In this document: positions 40,762-48,741 of the stretch, one piece after another
Numbering within the stretch: the first letter of the stretch is position 1
Layout: every line of letters begins with the position of its first letter
Origin: an uncultured Candidatus Saccharibacteria bacterium
Lineage (GTDB): Bacteria; Patescibacteriota; Minisyncoccia; Phycocordibacterales; UBA918
Direction: 5' to 3'
Assembly: GCA_964350985.1 (NCBI GenBank)
Contig: CAYGLK010000002.1
Span: 382-64,381 of the forward strand
Length of the DNA: 64,000 nucleotides
Notes under the pieces: generated by a model
The model's database searches: none
What the model was told of the DNA's origin: nothing
What the model saw: the letters and a program-made list of their open reading frames with translations, nothing else
Position numbers and translations under genes: made by a program

Positions 40762-40839
40762 ATTCCCTCCCCAATAACTCTCAAGGCCCAATGCCTGAGT
40801 TGCGGACCATTAAATACGTGTTCTTCGATTATGTCAATG

Positions 40840-40869
40840 CTGGCTGTATGGGACGATGTTAGAACTTTT
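40840..40869 (+). repeat. Cassette repeat 9
   Basis: CTGGCTGTATGGGACGATGTTAGAACTTTT. Confidence 0.92.
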
Positions 40870-41469
40870 TTAACAATCAACTTTCAGTAGCCGCAATTCA
40901 GTTATGAGATTATCATAGTCAGTAAATAAGATTGATTTAATTTCTAATTTTTTTGCAGCGTCAGTATTTTTAACCTGATCATCAATAAAGACCACCTCTT
41001 CAGGAATTAATCCCGTAATAGTTAAGGCTCTATCAAAATAGAGAGGGTCAGGCTTTTTCAAACCTTCCTTAAAAGACAATATCTCATAATCAAAGTATTC
41101 ATAAAGACCCATTTCAATATCTGCCCCATATCTTTGTTCCGTTAAATTGGTTAGTGCGGCTAATACATAATTTTTCTTAAGTTGCTTTAGCAAGGAAAGT
41201 ACTTGAGCATCCACAGATGACAATCTTACAGTTTCTTCACTCCACACATTTAGCATATCCTCTACTCTGAACTTGTTGTTAATCCCAAAAGCACAAAGCA
41301 TGTGTTCTGAAGTGACAGCTCCTGTCAAAAGATCATTTAAATGTTCTTCATGGTAAGCAGAGACTATATCAGCTGAGATTCCGACTCGCTCTGAAAATAG
41401 TTGGTATATTTTCGAAAAATCACCATGTGTAATTACTTTATGAATATCAAAAAAAATACCTTTAATCAT
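40870..41469 (-). CDS. HAD-superfamily phosphatase
   Basis: IFFDIHKV, ALTN, KKPDP, FIDD motifs; start re-called at MIKGI. Confidence 0.88.
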   Translation of the reverse strand: MIKGIFFDIHKVITHGDFSKIYQLFSERVGISADIVSAYHEEHLNDLLTGAVTSEHMLCAFGINNKFRVEDMLNVWSEETVRLSSVDAQVLSLLKQLKKNYVLAALTNLTEQRYGADIEMGLYEYFDYEILSFKEGLKKPDPLYFDRALTITGLIPEEVVFIDDQVKNTDAAKKLEIKSILFTDYDNLITELRLLKVDC

Positions 41470-41525
41470 GGCGCAAGTATAACAAAACCACCCCAGCGAG
41501 AAAACTATCTCCTCGCATAGGGTGG

Positions 41526-42065
41526 TCACAAATACCGCGTCAAAATTTCAACAACTTCATCCATTTTCTTGTCGGACACATCAACCACGGCGACAACTGG
41601 TATATTACCTTGGACGAGCGCTGGATTACCCCACTCATCGGATATTTTCTTGTAGACACCAATGTCGTGTGGTTTACCCAAAGAACCCCTTTCGACGCAA
41701 AGAAATCGCTGTCTGCGAACTTCTTCTCTACAGGTTAAGTTAACGACCTGCAGCTCGACTTCCAGCTTTAGACACAGGTCACTCAGCCAGAGCAGGTAAT
41801 CCTTACCAATATGAGCATGGTTTGAATGCGTCATGATGAGTGTCTGCACAGAGCCAGATTCCGCTGCACTACGAATAATGACCTCCCTGAGACTGTAAAG
41901 CAACTCAGTGGAAGCACTTCCGAGCCAAGCATCTCCATAGATTGATTTGACAATGTTGGTGGTCAAGTGGTTGTGCACCAGAGGATTGTTGGTTTTTTCT
42001 GAAAGAGCTGCACCAATCGTCCTCTTACCTATCCCGCAACCGCCGCTTATCAAAAATAGCTTCAC
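41526..42065 (-). CDS. P-loop nucleotide/small-molecule kinase-like protein
   Basis: LISGGCGIGKRT Walker A at the N-terminus; R..R lid motif. Confidence 0.75.
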   Translation of the reverse strand: MKLFLISGGCGIGKRTIGAALSEKTNNPLVHNHLTTNIVKSIYGDAWLGSASTELLYSLREVIIRSAAESGSVQTLIMTHSNHAHIGKDYLLWLSDLCLKLEVELQVVNLTCREEVRRQRFLCVERGSLGKPHDIGVYKKISDEWGNPALVQGNIPVVAVVDVSDKKMDEVVEILTRYL

Positions 42066-42135
42066 GGATTTCCCCCTTTAAGTAATTGATGTGTTTTTTA
42101 TCTATAACACATATTTAGTATTCTGTCACTAGTTG

Positions 42136-42165
42136 CTGGCTGTATGGGACGATGTTGGAACTTTT
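42136..42165 (+). repeat. Cassette repeat 10
   Basis: CTGGCTGTATGGGACGATGTTGGAACTTTT. Confidence 0.92.
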
Positions 42166-42245
42166 TTGACACAAAAACAGCCCGCCGAAACGAGTCCATA
42201 GGACTGTCTTTGCGAGCTTGGTAGATCATACAATTGACACTCAAA

Positions 42246-42770
42246 TTACAGTTTGACACCGACATATTGGCCACTGCATACAAAGCCGGGACCTAAAAAA
42301 TGGTCATGCAGATTCAGGGCGTCGTCGATGAATTCACCAGTGTTACTGTCGTACCGCAACATCCCACCGTATGTGCCATTTGGCTTGTCCCCTCGGCTGC
42401 CGAAGCAGCAGAAGTAGTTGACCGAGCCCTCCCTCATTTCAGGCTGGTGTTCGGTCAAATAAGCACGGCATTCGCGCAGGTCGGCATACCGATACCCTAG
42501 GCTAGGAAGCGTCGGATCGCCGTGTTTAGGGGATACGATAGCCATTTCCAGCGTTCGCGCGTTGTAGACCTCAGGAATACTGAATGTGACACTACGTCCC
42601 CAATCACCTTCCCCCGATACGACTTGTGCTGGAGTGTCCGGTATCTCGACAGTCTGAGGATTGATGAAATCATCATTTCCAAAGATAGCGGTCCCTACCC
42701 AGAGAACGATTCCGGCAAGACCGCCGAACACAACCGTTCCAGCGAAAACATTTGCAAAAGTACTGGCCAT
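42246..42770 (-). CDS. Membrane-anchored hypothetical protein (GC-rich cassette)
   Basis: N-terminal TM, GGAG RBS, own promoter. Confidence 0.65.
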   Translation of the reverse strand: MASTFANVFAGTVVFGGLAGIVLWVGTAIFGNDDFINPQTVEIPDTPAQVVSGEGDWGRSVTFSIPEVYNARTLEMAIVSPKHGDPTLPSLGYRYADLRECRAYLTEHQPEMREGSVNYFCCFGSRGDKPNGTYGGMLRYDSNTGEFIDDALNLHDHFLGPGFVCSGQYVGVKL

Positions 42771-42846
42771 CTTTAAACTCCGTTAGGTTGAGAACGAGAT
42801 TGTTCAAGTAAAACAATAACACTGTAAAACATGTATGTCAATACTG

Positions 42847-42876
42847 CTGGCTGTCTGGGACGATGTTAGAACTTTT
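42847..42876 (+). repeat. Cassette repeat 11
   Basis: CTGGCTGTCTGGGACGATGTTAGAACTTTT. Confidence 0.92.
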
Positions 42877-42939
42877 CTATCAATATAAAAGGGCCCCGTT
42901 TTCACAGGACCCTCCTTTTCTCTCTGTATCCGCCGAGCG

Positions 42940-43218
42940 TCAGATGTAAACGAAGTACAGAATGATAGTCAGAACCGACAGACTGAATGAGATTGCCATG
43001 GACACCATTCCGCTCCAGCTCTTCCTGAGAAAGAACTCTGTGGCAAATGCAGCCTGCACGACCGCAAAGATGGCGAACATTTGCCACGCCACGCCAGCAA
43101 CGATACCGGTACGGATGATTGCGACGGGTTGAGGAATCAGGGCGATGATATTTACAAAGCCCATCAACCACATCACCTTGTTCCAGTGGAACTTTTGGAT
43201 GAACTCTTCACGGGTCAC
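42940..43218 (-). CDS. SemiSWEET/PQ-loop-like 3-TM protein
   Basis: ALIPQ..AII.T...AGV motif, 3 TM helices, AAGGAG RBS before GTG. Confidence 0.65.
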   Translation of the reverse strand: MTREEFIQKFHWNKVMWLMGFVNIIALIPQPVAIIRTGIVAGVAWQMFAIFAVVQAAFATEFFLRKSWSGMVSMAISFSLSVLTIILYFVYI

Positions 43219-43283
43219 GAGACTCTCCTTATTTAGCCCTGAATTATTAATATAAGAGCATATTTTTTATGCTTTGTAAAGTG

Positions 43284-43313
43284 CTGGCTGTATGGGACGA
43301 TGTTAGAACAGTT
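43284..43313 (+). repeat. Cassette repeat 12
   Basis: CTGGCTGTATGGGACGATGTTAGAACAGTT. Confidence 0.9.
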
Positions 43314-43317
43314 TTAA

Positions 43318-43959
43318 CTAGAAATCTTTAGTCTCTCCATTACCTAACCTAACAAAATTAATACCCTTGGAACTTAACTGATTCTCAAATAGACCATATA
43401 TTAGCGCAATTCCATCTTCATTTAGCAACCAATCGTGTACCGGGAATGTTGTTTTAGGATTTACTCGCAAAGCGTAAGAAATAGCATCAGAAGATTTACA
43501 CCAGGGACCAGCTACAGGTAAGGCTAATACCTGAACCTCTTTACCTGGTTCTGTATATGCATCTCCTGGATAGAAGAGTTTTTTAGAAATAAAGTAACCT
43601 GTATTTTGCACCAAACCATATTCTTCAAATATTTCTGCGTGCTTACCATCATAGGCTTCTATAGAAACCCCATCTACGGCTTCTTCAGACCTCCCTTCCA
43701 GTACTTGGAAATTAATACCCAACCCGCTTAGAATTTTTCCAACACTACTATTTGTGACAATCCTTACTTTGGGATTATTTTTTACAATCTCTTTAATAGA
43801 CTCACTGTGCAGATGGTCTGTGTGTTCATGAGTAATTAGAACCAAATCAATATTCATTAACTTATTTTGAGAAACACTAAATTTTCCCGGGTCAGTTAAA
43901 ATCCTCTTACCGTCAACCTCTATAAGAAGACAGCACTGTCCAAATTTTGTAATTTTCAT
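43318..43959 (-). CDS. Metallo-beta-lactamase-fold hydrolase
   Basis: ILTDPG, THEHTDH, FYPGD, FPVHD; start re-called at MKITKF. Confidence 0.9.
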   Translation of the reverse strand: MKITKFGQCCLLIEVDGKRILTDPGKFSVSQNKLMNIDLVLITHEHTDHLHSESIKEIVKNNPKVRIVTNSSVGKILSGLGINFQVLEGRSEEAVDGVSIEAYDGKHAEIFEEYGLVQNTGYFISKKLFYPGDAYTEPGKEVQVLALPVAGPWCKSSDAISYALRVNPKTTFPVHDWLLNEDGIALIYGLFENQLSSKGINFVRLGNGETKDF

Positions 43960-44038
43960 TATTAAAAGTATACCAAAGTTCCGCCGTACCCGTCCGGTAT
44001 AGAATTTAGGTGTTGAAAAATAAGCATCAAATCTCGAG

Positions 44039-44068
44039 CTGGCTGTCTGGGACGATATTAGAACTTTT
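44039..44068 (+). repeat. Cassette repeat 13
   Basis: CTGGCTGTCTGGGACGATATTAGAACTTTT. Confidence 0.92.
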
Positions 44069-44071
44069 TTG

Positions 44072-44443
44072 TCATTTCCGAACGTTACCACTACCTAGAT
44101 GGAAGTGTAACTGCGCCACCTCCTGTCGGCTTCCACCATTAATCACAATTGTGTAGTCAGTCTCCTGCCAGCCATTATCTTTGATAATTTCCTGAGCCAC
44201 TTTGTATACCTCTGCCACGTACTCAAAGTCATTAGGTTGAAGAGCGGAGATATTTTTAATTGCCTTCTTAGGTACGATTAAAATATGATTTTCCCAGTAT
44301 GGTTTGGGGTGCCAAAATGCTAATACTTTTTCTGTCTCTTGGATTCGTTTCACTGGTAGCAACTTTGAAAAATTGCCGAATGCAATACCTACGATAAGTT
44401 CTCCTAATGGTGACTTTGCTAAAGCTAAAAGTGCTTTTTTCAT
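44072..44443 (-). CDS. HIT-family protein
   Basis: HILIVPK and QEVAQLHFHL (HIT motif with the first His replaced by Gln). Confidence 0.8.
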   Translation of the reverse strand: MKKALLALAKSPLGELIVGIAFGNFSKLLPVKRIQETEKVLAFWHPKPYWENHILIVPKKAIKNISALQPNDFEYVAEVYKVAQEIIKDNGWQETDYTIVINGGSRQEVAQLHFHLGSGNVRK

Positions 44444-44508
44444 AGCAATAGTATACCAAAAGTTCTAAATCCCTTTTTAATGTTGAAAAATAAGCTCCAA
44501 ATGTGTTG

Positions 44509-44538
44509 CTGGCTGCATGGGACGATGTTAGAACTTTT
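44509..44538 (+). repeat. Cassette repeat 14 (tRNA-proximal)
   Basis: CTGGCTGCATGGGACGATGTTAGAACTTTT. Confidence 0.92.
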
Positions 44539-44542
44539 ATAA

Positions 44543-45181
44543 CTACAAAACCATCTTCGCGAATATTCTAATCCATTTAATTTCAGCTCTGCCGTGAACG
44601 TCTTCTTCATTTACCACCTCATCCACCCTGAAACCAGTTTCCTCTAACAAACCCGTTAATTCTTCACTCTTATAGTAGCGAAAGAATCTATCGTGATTTG
44701 ATAACTTATCAGATACAATTTCAGTTTTATTACTACCTAATTGTTCTTTCACATAGATATAAACCCATCCATGTGCTTTAAGTACCCTCTTAAACTCTCT
44801 CACGGCATTCCTTACATCATCAAATGTTTCCAGATGTACTAATGACGCATGCGCCCAAACACCATCGAAGGTCTCATTGGGAAATGGTAACTTAATAAAA
44901 TTTCCATTTATAAATTCAATTTCCGGGTGTAATTTTTTTGCTACTTTAATTAGTCCTGTAGATATATCAATGCCAGTCACTTGAGCTCCAAAGGAAGCTA
45001 GGGTTTCTGAATCTCTTCCGTCTCCACAACCGACATCAAGAATTCTTGGTGTATCTTTAGATATTTTATCCAAGAAACTTTTTGCAGTGTCATTAAATTT
45101 TTTATCTCTAGTATCTAGAGAATATTTATCAGCATTGTTGTCGTACCAGTCAATTGTTTCTTTGAGTCCAGAGACTTTCAT
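44543..45181 (-). CDS. Class I SAM-dependent methyltransferase
   Basis: ILDVGCGDGRD, GIDIS, FDGVWAHASLVH, RVLK. Confidence 0.92.
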   Translation of the reverse strand: MKVSGLKETIDWYDNNADKYSLDTRDKKFNDTAKSFLDKISKDTPRILDVGCGDGRDSETLASFGAQVTGIDISTGLIKVAKKLHPEIEFINGNFIKLPFPNETFDGVWAHASLVHLETFDDVRNAVREFKRVLKAHGWVYIYVKEQLGSNKTEIVSDKLSNHDRFFRYYKSEELTGLLEETGFRVDEVVNEEDVHGRAEIKWIRIFAKMVL

Positions 45182-45249
45182 AATTGAAAGTATATCAAAC
45201 CTGAGACTCGAACCAAATTAATGTTGCTAAATATAGCTAAATTGTGTTG

Positions 45250-45320
45250 CTGCCGGACAGGGACTCGAACCCCGATAGACGGCACCAAAAACCGTAGTCC
45301 TACCATTAGACGATCCGGCA
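45250..45320 (-). tRNA. tRNA-Gln(TTG)
   Basis: TGCCGGA/TCCGGCA acceptor stem, ACGGT-TTTTGGT-GCCGT anticodon arm, GTTCGAGTC T-loop. Confidence 0.95.
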
Positions 45321-45424
45321 AAGGATCTTACGCTATATAACTAGCGCGTCACTACTGTATCACATTTATTTTAATATTTCAGCTCTTTTTAAGGGTATTA
45401 AAAAGCCCTCAAACTAACCTATGT

Positions 45425-47089
45425 CTACTTATGTTCGTAGGCCGCTTTTATAAAGCTAGTAAACAAAGGGTGTGGAGAAGTTGGCCGAGCTATTAGTTCA
45501 GGGTGGAATTGAGTCGCTACAAAAAACGGATGTTTTTCTGATGGTAGTTCCATGATTTCCATTAGTTTACGGTCGGCTGATTTACCAGAGAAAACTACTC
45601 CTGCTTCTTGTAGACGATCTACATATTCTGGATTTACCTCATAGCGATGTCTATGTCTTTCTATTATTGATGCTTTTTTATAAGCTCTAAACGCTTGTGT
45701 GTTCTTGGATAGTTTAGCTTCGTATTCACCGAGTCGCATAGTTCCTCCCAGCTTCCCTTCGAGCAAAAGTTGTTTCTGCTCGGGCATAATATCTATCAAT
45801 ATATGGTCTGCTTTTGGATTTATTTCAGCTGTACTGGCGTTTTTTAGTTTTAAAACATTTTGAGCAAACTCTAATACCGCCAACTGCATGCCGTAGCAAA
45901 TACCAAAATAAGGAATCTTTTTTTCACGAGCGTACTTGATAACATTTAACTTTCCCTCTACTCCAGTTTTACCAAAACCACCAGGTACTAAAATACCGTC
46001 ATAATTTTTTAGACTCTTTAATTTTGTACTATCTGAGAAATCACCAGATGAAAGATAGGTTATCTTTGGCTTTAAACCTAAAGAGTATGCGGAATATTTA
46101 ATTGCTTCTAGGACAGAAATGTAAACGTCAGATAAGACAAAGTCGCCTGAATTGAAATACTTCCCGACCACCGCTATTTTTACCTCAGCTTTTGTATTGG
46201 CAATAGAGTTAGTGAACTTGCGCCACTGACTCAAATTGGCCTTGCCAGAAGCTTTTAAAGTTAAAAGGTCACAAAGCTTTGAAGACATCTTTTCTGCTTC
46301 AAACAAGAGTGGAATATCGTAGACACTTGGTACATCAGGAGCTGAAAAAACATGATCAATCTGCACATTACAAAAACGAGCAATTTTTTCTTTTCGTTTT
46401 TGATCTACCTTGCTTGAGCTACGAGCAATGATAATGTCCGCAAATACTCCGACACCATTTAGGGCTCGTACAGCTGTCTGAGTCGGCTTGGTCTTCATTT
46501 CTCCAATACTGCCCGGGACTGGCAAGTAACTAACCATTACAGTAGCAACGTCATGAGGTGTCTCAGATTTCATCATTCGGATCGCTTCCAAGAAGAGAAC
46601 GTTTTGATACTCTCCCACAGTCCCACCTACCTCAACCAAGACCACGTCAGCCTTAGCTGCCTGACCCGCTCTCTTAATACGACCGATGATCTCAAGTGGA
46701 ATATCTGGTACGACTTCAACATTTTTACCTTCATAGCCCAGGTTACGTTCTTTCTCAATGACAGATAAATAGACGCTACCAGTTGTCATGTAGTTGAGAG
46801 CGAGAAGGTCCTGATCGAGGAAACGTTCATAGTTCCCCATATCTTGATCTGTCTCCAAGCCATCTTTGAGAACAAAAACCTCACCGTGCTCGGTCGGGTT
46901 CATTGTTCCAGCGTCAACATTAATATACGGATCAATTTTTATAGCTGTCACATTGAGTCCTCTAGCTTTCATTAAAAGTGCTATGGAAGAAGTGGTTACC
47001 CCTTTCCCAACTCCACTCATAACTCCACCGACAACAAAAATATACTTAGTTTTTTTGGCTTTAGTTAATCTTTTTTTTGCTAACGCCAT
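45425..47089 (-). CDS. pyrG: CTP synthase
   Basis: GGVMSGVGKG, KIDPYINVDAGTMNP, GICYGMQ, TQFHPE. Confidence 0.98.
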   Translation of the reverse strand: MALAKKRLTKAKKTKYIFVVGGVMSGVGKGVTTSSIALLMKARGLNVTAIKIDPYINVDAGTMNPTEHGEVFVLKDGLETDQDMGNYERFLDQDLLALNYMTTGSVYLSVIEKERNLGYEGKNVEVVPDIPLEIIGRIKRAGQAAKADVVLVEVGGTVGEYQNVLFLEAIRMMKSETPHDVATVMVSYLPVPGSIGEMKTKPTQTAVRALNGVGVFADIIIARSSSKVDQKRKEKIARFCNVQIDHVFSAPDVPSVYDIPLLFEAEKMSSKLCDLLTLKASGKANLSQWRKFTNSIANTKAEVKIAVVGKYFNSGDFVLSDVYISVLEAIKYSAYSLGLKPKITYLSSGDFSDSTKLKSLKNYDGILVPGGFGKTGVEGKLNVIKYAREKKIPYFGICYGMQLAVLEFAQNVLKLKNASTAEINPKADHILIDIMPEQKQLLLEGKLGGTMRLGEYEAKLSKNTQAFRAYKKASIIERHRHRYEVNPEYVDRLQEAGVVFSGKSADRKLMEIMELPSEKHPFFVATQFHPELIARPTSPHPLFTSFIKAAYEHK

Positions 47090-47098
47090 AGCGGGAAA

Positions 47099-48019
47099 CT
47101 AAACGCGCAAGTATCGAGCTACTGCTAAAGCACTAGAGATCAGACCGAGAGCCACACCGGATCCAAGCAAAACTAAGAAGATGTAACTGAAGTTTGAGAT
47201 GAAATAAGTGAAAAGGTTAAATTCAAAGAAAGTCTCTGAAATTGGGCCAAGCCAGATCATAATCGGATAGAAGATCAACAGACAAAGAATACCCGCTACT
47301 AAGCCATACATTACTCCCTGGAGCATAAATGGGCCTCTAATAAACATATTTGAAGCTCCCACCAACCGCATGATAGAAATCTCTTCCCGGGCTGTATAAA
47401 TAGCCAGTCTAATAGTGTTAAAGGTGATCAGAGTAGCAGCAACAATCAAAACCAGCATAGTAATCAAACTAACTCGTTCAACAGCGCCGATAATGTTTGT
47501 TAGAGTATCAATCGCTTCTTTGTTACGGACATAGTTGATTTCATCAATCACTGGATTTTGTGGAGAAGCTAAATCTCGCTTCTCTTGCAAGAATCGAGCA
47601 ATGCTTTCATATTGTGAAGTTTGTTTAGCTTGAATAGCGATGTTAGCCCCAAGAGGATTGTCGTCTAGTTCAGCTAAAGCCTGCATCGCAATTTCGTCGT
47701 TTTGGTTTCGTTCTCGGTATTTTGACAAAGCTTCTTCTCTGGATGTATAGATAACGTTAGATACGTCAGGTAGTGCCTCCACCGCTAGACGGATAGAATC
47801 AATTTCATCTTGTGGTGCACTTGGTACGAAGTAGACGTTAATATCTACTTTTTCTTGGAGATTTTTTAAAGATGTAGTTAGCAGCTGATCAATAAACATT
47901 GTTGAACCAACTACAAACAAAGCTACAGTAATAACAAAAACTGAAGCGATTGAAACGTAGGCATTTCTCCAAAATCCAACGAATCCTGCTTTGGCTACTC
48001 TTTTAATTCCAGTGAACAT
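47099..48019 (-). CDS. ftsX: Cell division permease FtsX
   Basis: NTIRLAIY..REEI.IMRLVGASN.FIRGPF; adjacent to ftsE. Confidence 0.93.
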   Translation of the reverse strand: MFTGIKRVAKAGFVGFWRNAYVSIASVFVITVALFVVGSTMFIDQLLTTSLKNLQEKVDINVYFVPSAPQDEIDSIRLAVEALPDVSNVIYTSREEALSKYRERNQNDEIAMQALAELDDNPLGANIAIQAKQTSQYESIARFLQEKRDLASPQNPVIDEINYVRNKEAIDTLTNIIGAVERVSLITMLVLIVAATLITFNTIRLAIYTAREEISIMRLVGASNMFIRGPFMLQGVMYGLVAGILCLLIFYPIMIWLGPISETFFEFNLFTYFISNFSYIFLVLLGSGVALGLISSALAVARYLRV

Positions 48020-48036
48020 AACTTGTCAAAAAATAA

Positions 48037-48720
48037 TTATAGAACGTATTTACCATTTTGGTCGTCACGAACAATTCTTCCTTCATCCATAGTAATAACT
48101 CGACGACCTAACTCATCAATAACTCCCTTGTTGTGAGTAGTCATTATAACAGTTGTTCCAAGATCATTAATCTTTCGTAAAATTTGAACCACTTCATAAG
48201 TCGCAATTGGGTCTAGGTTTCCAGTAGGTTCATCGGCCACGATAATGTCCGGCTGATTTACGATTGCTCGAGCTATTGCTACCCGTTGTTTTTCTCCACC
48301 TGAAAGCTCATGAGGAAAATTCCATGCTTTATCGTCTAGGTCTACCAAAGAAAGCGCTTGGGGCACGTTTTCTAAAATCTCCTCATCACTACGTCCGTTT
48401 GCTTCCATCGCAAAAGCGATATTTTCGTAAGCAGTTTTATGAGCCAGAAGTTTGAAATCCTGAAAAACAGTTCCAATCTTTCGTCTGTATCGAGGCAGCT
48501 TTCCTCGAGGAATTTGGTGAATATCTAATGACTCAAAAAATACTTGTCCGTGACTTGGCTTATCTTCCGCAATAATCATTTTAAGTAGAGTTGTCTTTCC
48601 AGCACCTGAATGGCCAACGATAGAAACGAATTCTTTTGGAGTAACTTGAAATGTCACCTCCTGCAAAGCCGCTGAGCGACCGTCGTTGTAGAGCTTGGAA
48701 ACATTATCAAAGTAAATCAT
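48037..48720 (-). CDS. ftsE: Cell division ATP-binding protein FtsE
   Basis: GHSGAGKTT, VFQDFKLL, LSGGEKQR, ADEPTGNLDP. Confidence 0.95.
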   Translation of the reverse strand: MIYFDNVSKLYNDGRSAALQEVTFQVTPKEFVSIVGHSGAGKTTLLKMIIAEDKPSHGQVFFESLDIHQIPRGKLPRYRRKIGTVFQDFKLLAHKTAYENIAFAMEANGRSDEEILENVPQALSLVDLDDKAWNFPHELSGGEKQRVAIARAIVNQPDIIVADEPTGNLDPIATYEVVQILRKINDLGTTVIMTTHNKGVIDELGRRVITMDEGRIVRDDQNGKYVL

Positions 48721-48741
48721 AAAGATTAGTATAACATGAGA

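Larger units (their letters stand above)
31137..45250 (-). mobile_element. tRNA-Gln-anchored array of gene cassettes separated by ~30 bp direct repeats (integron-like, no integrase in window)
   Basis: 14 full copies of CTGGCTGT(A/C/G)TGGGACGATGTTAGAACTTTT-like repeat, each at a gene boundary, spaced about 0.3-3.8 kb, ending at the tRNA-Gln 3' end. Confidence 0.8.

Noticed and set aside
39835-40862. Several overlapping + strand ORFs over the ParB gene
   Set aside because: Expected shadow ORFs in a GC-richer stretch; no recognisable motifs.
43318-43959. Antibiotic-resistance beta-lactamase
   Set aside because: Cytoplasmic MBL-fold hydrolase of the UlaG-like type without a signal peptide; the fold alone does not imply resistance.
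31637-44538. CRISPR array interpretation of the 30 bp repeats
   Set aside because: Intervals are 0.3-3.8 kb, variable and contain whole genes; no cas genes in the window.
31637-44538. Classical integron attC array
   Set aside because: GTTCTAAC resembles an RYYYAAC box but no paired GTTRRRY end is evident, the conserved part is a non-palindromic primary sequence, cassettes have promoters and no intI is present. Not formally excluded without a covariance-model search.
31637-44538. Xer dif/pdif modules
   Set aside because: Only ATGTTA resembles the XerD arm; there is no 11-6-11 inverted structure, and all copies are direct rather than alternating.
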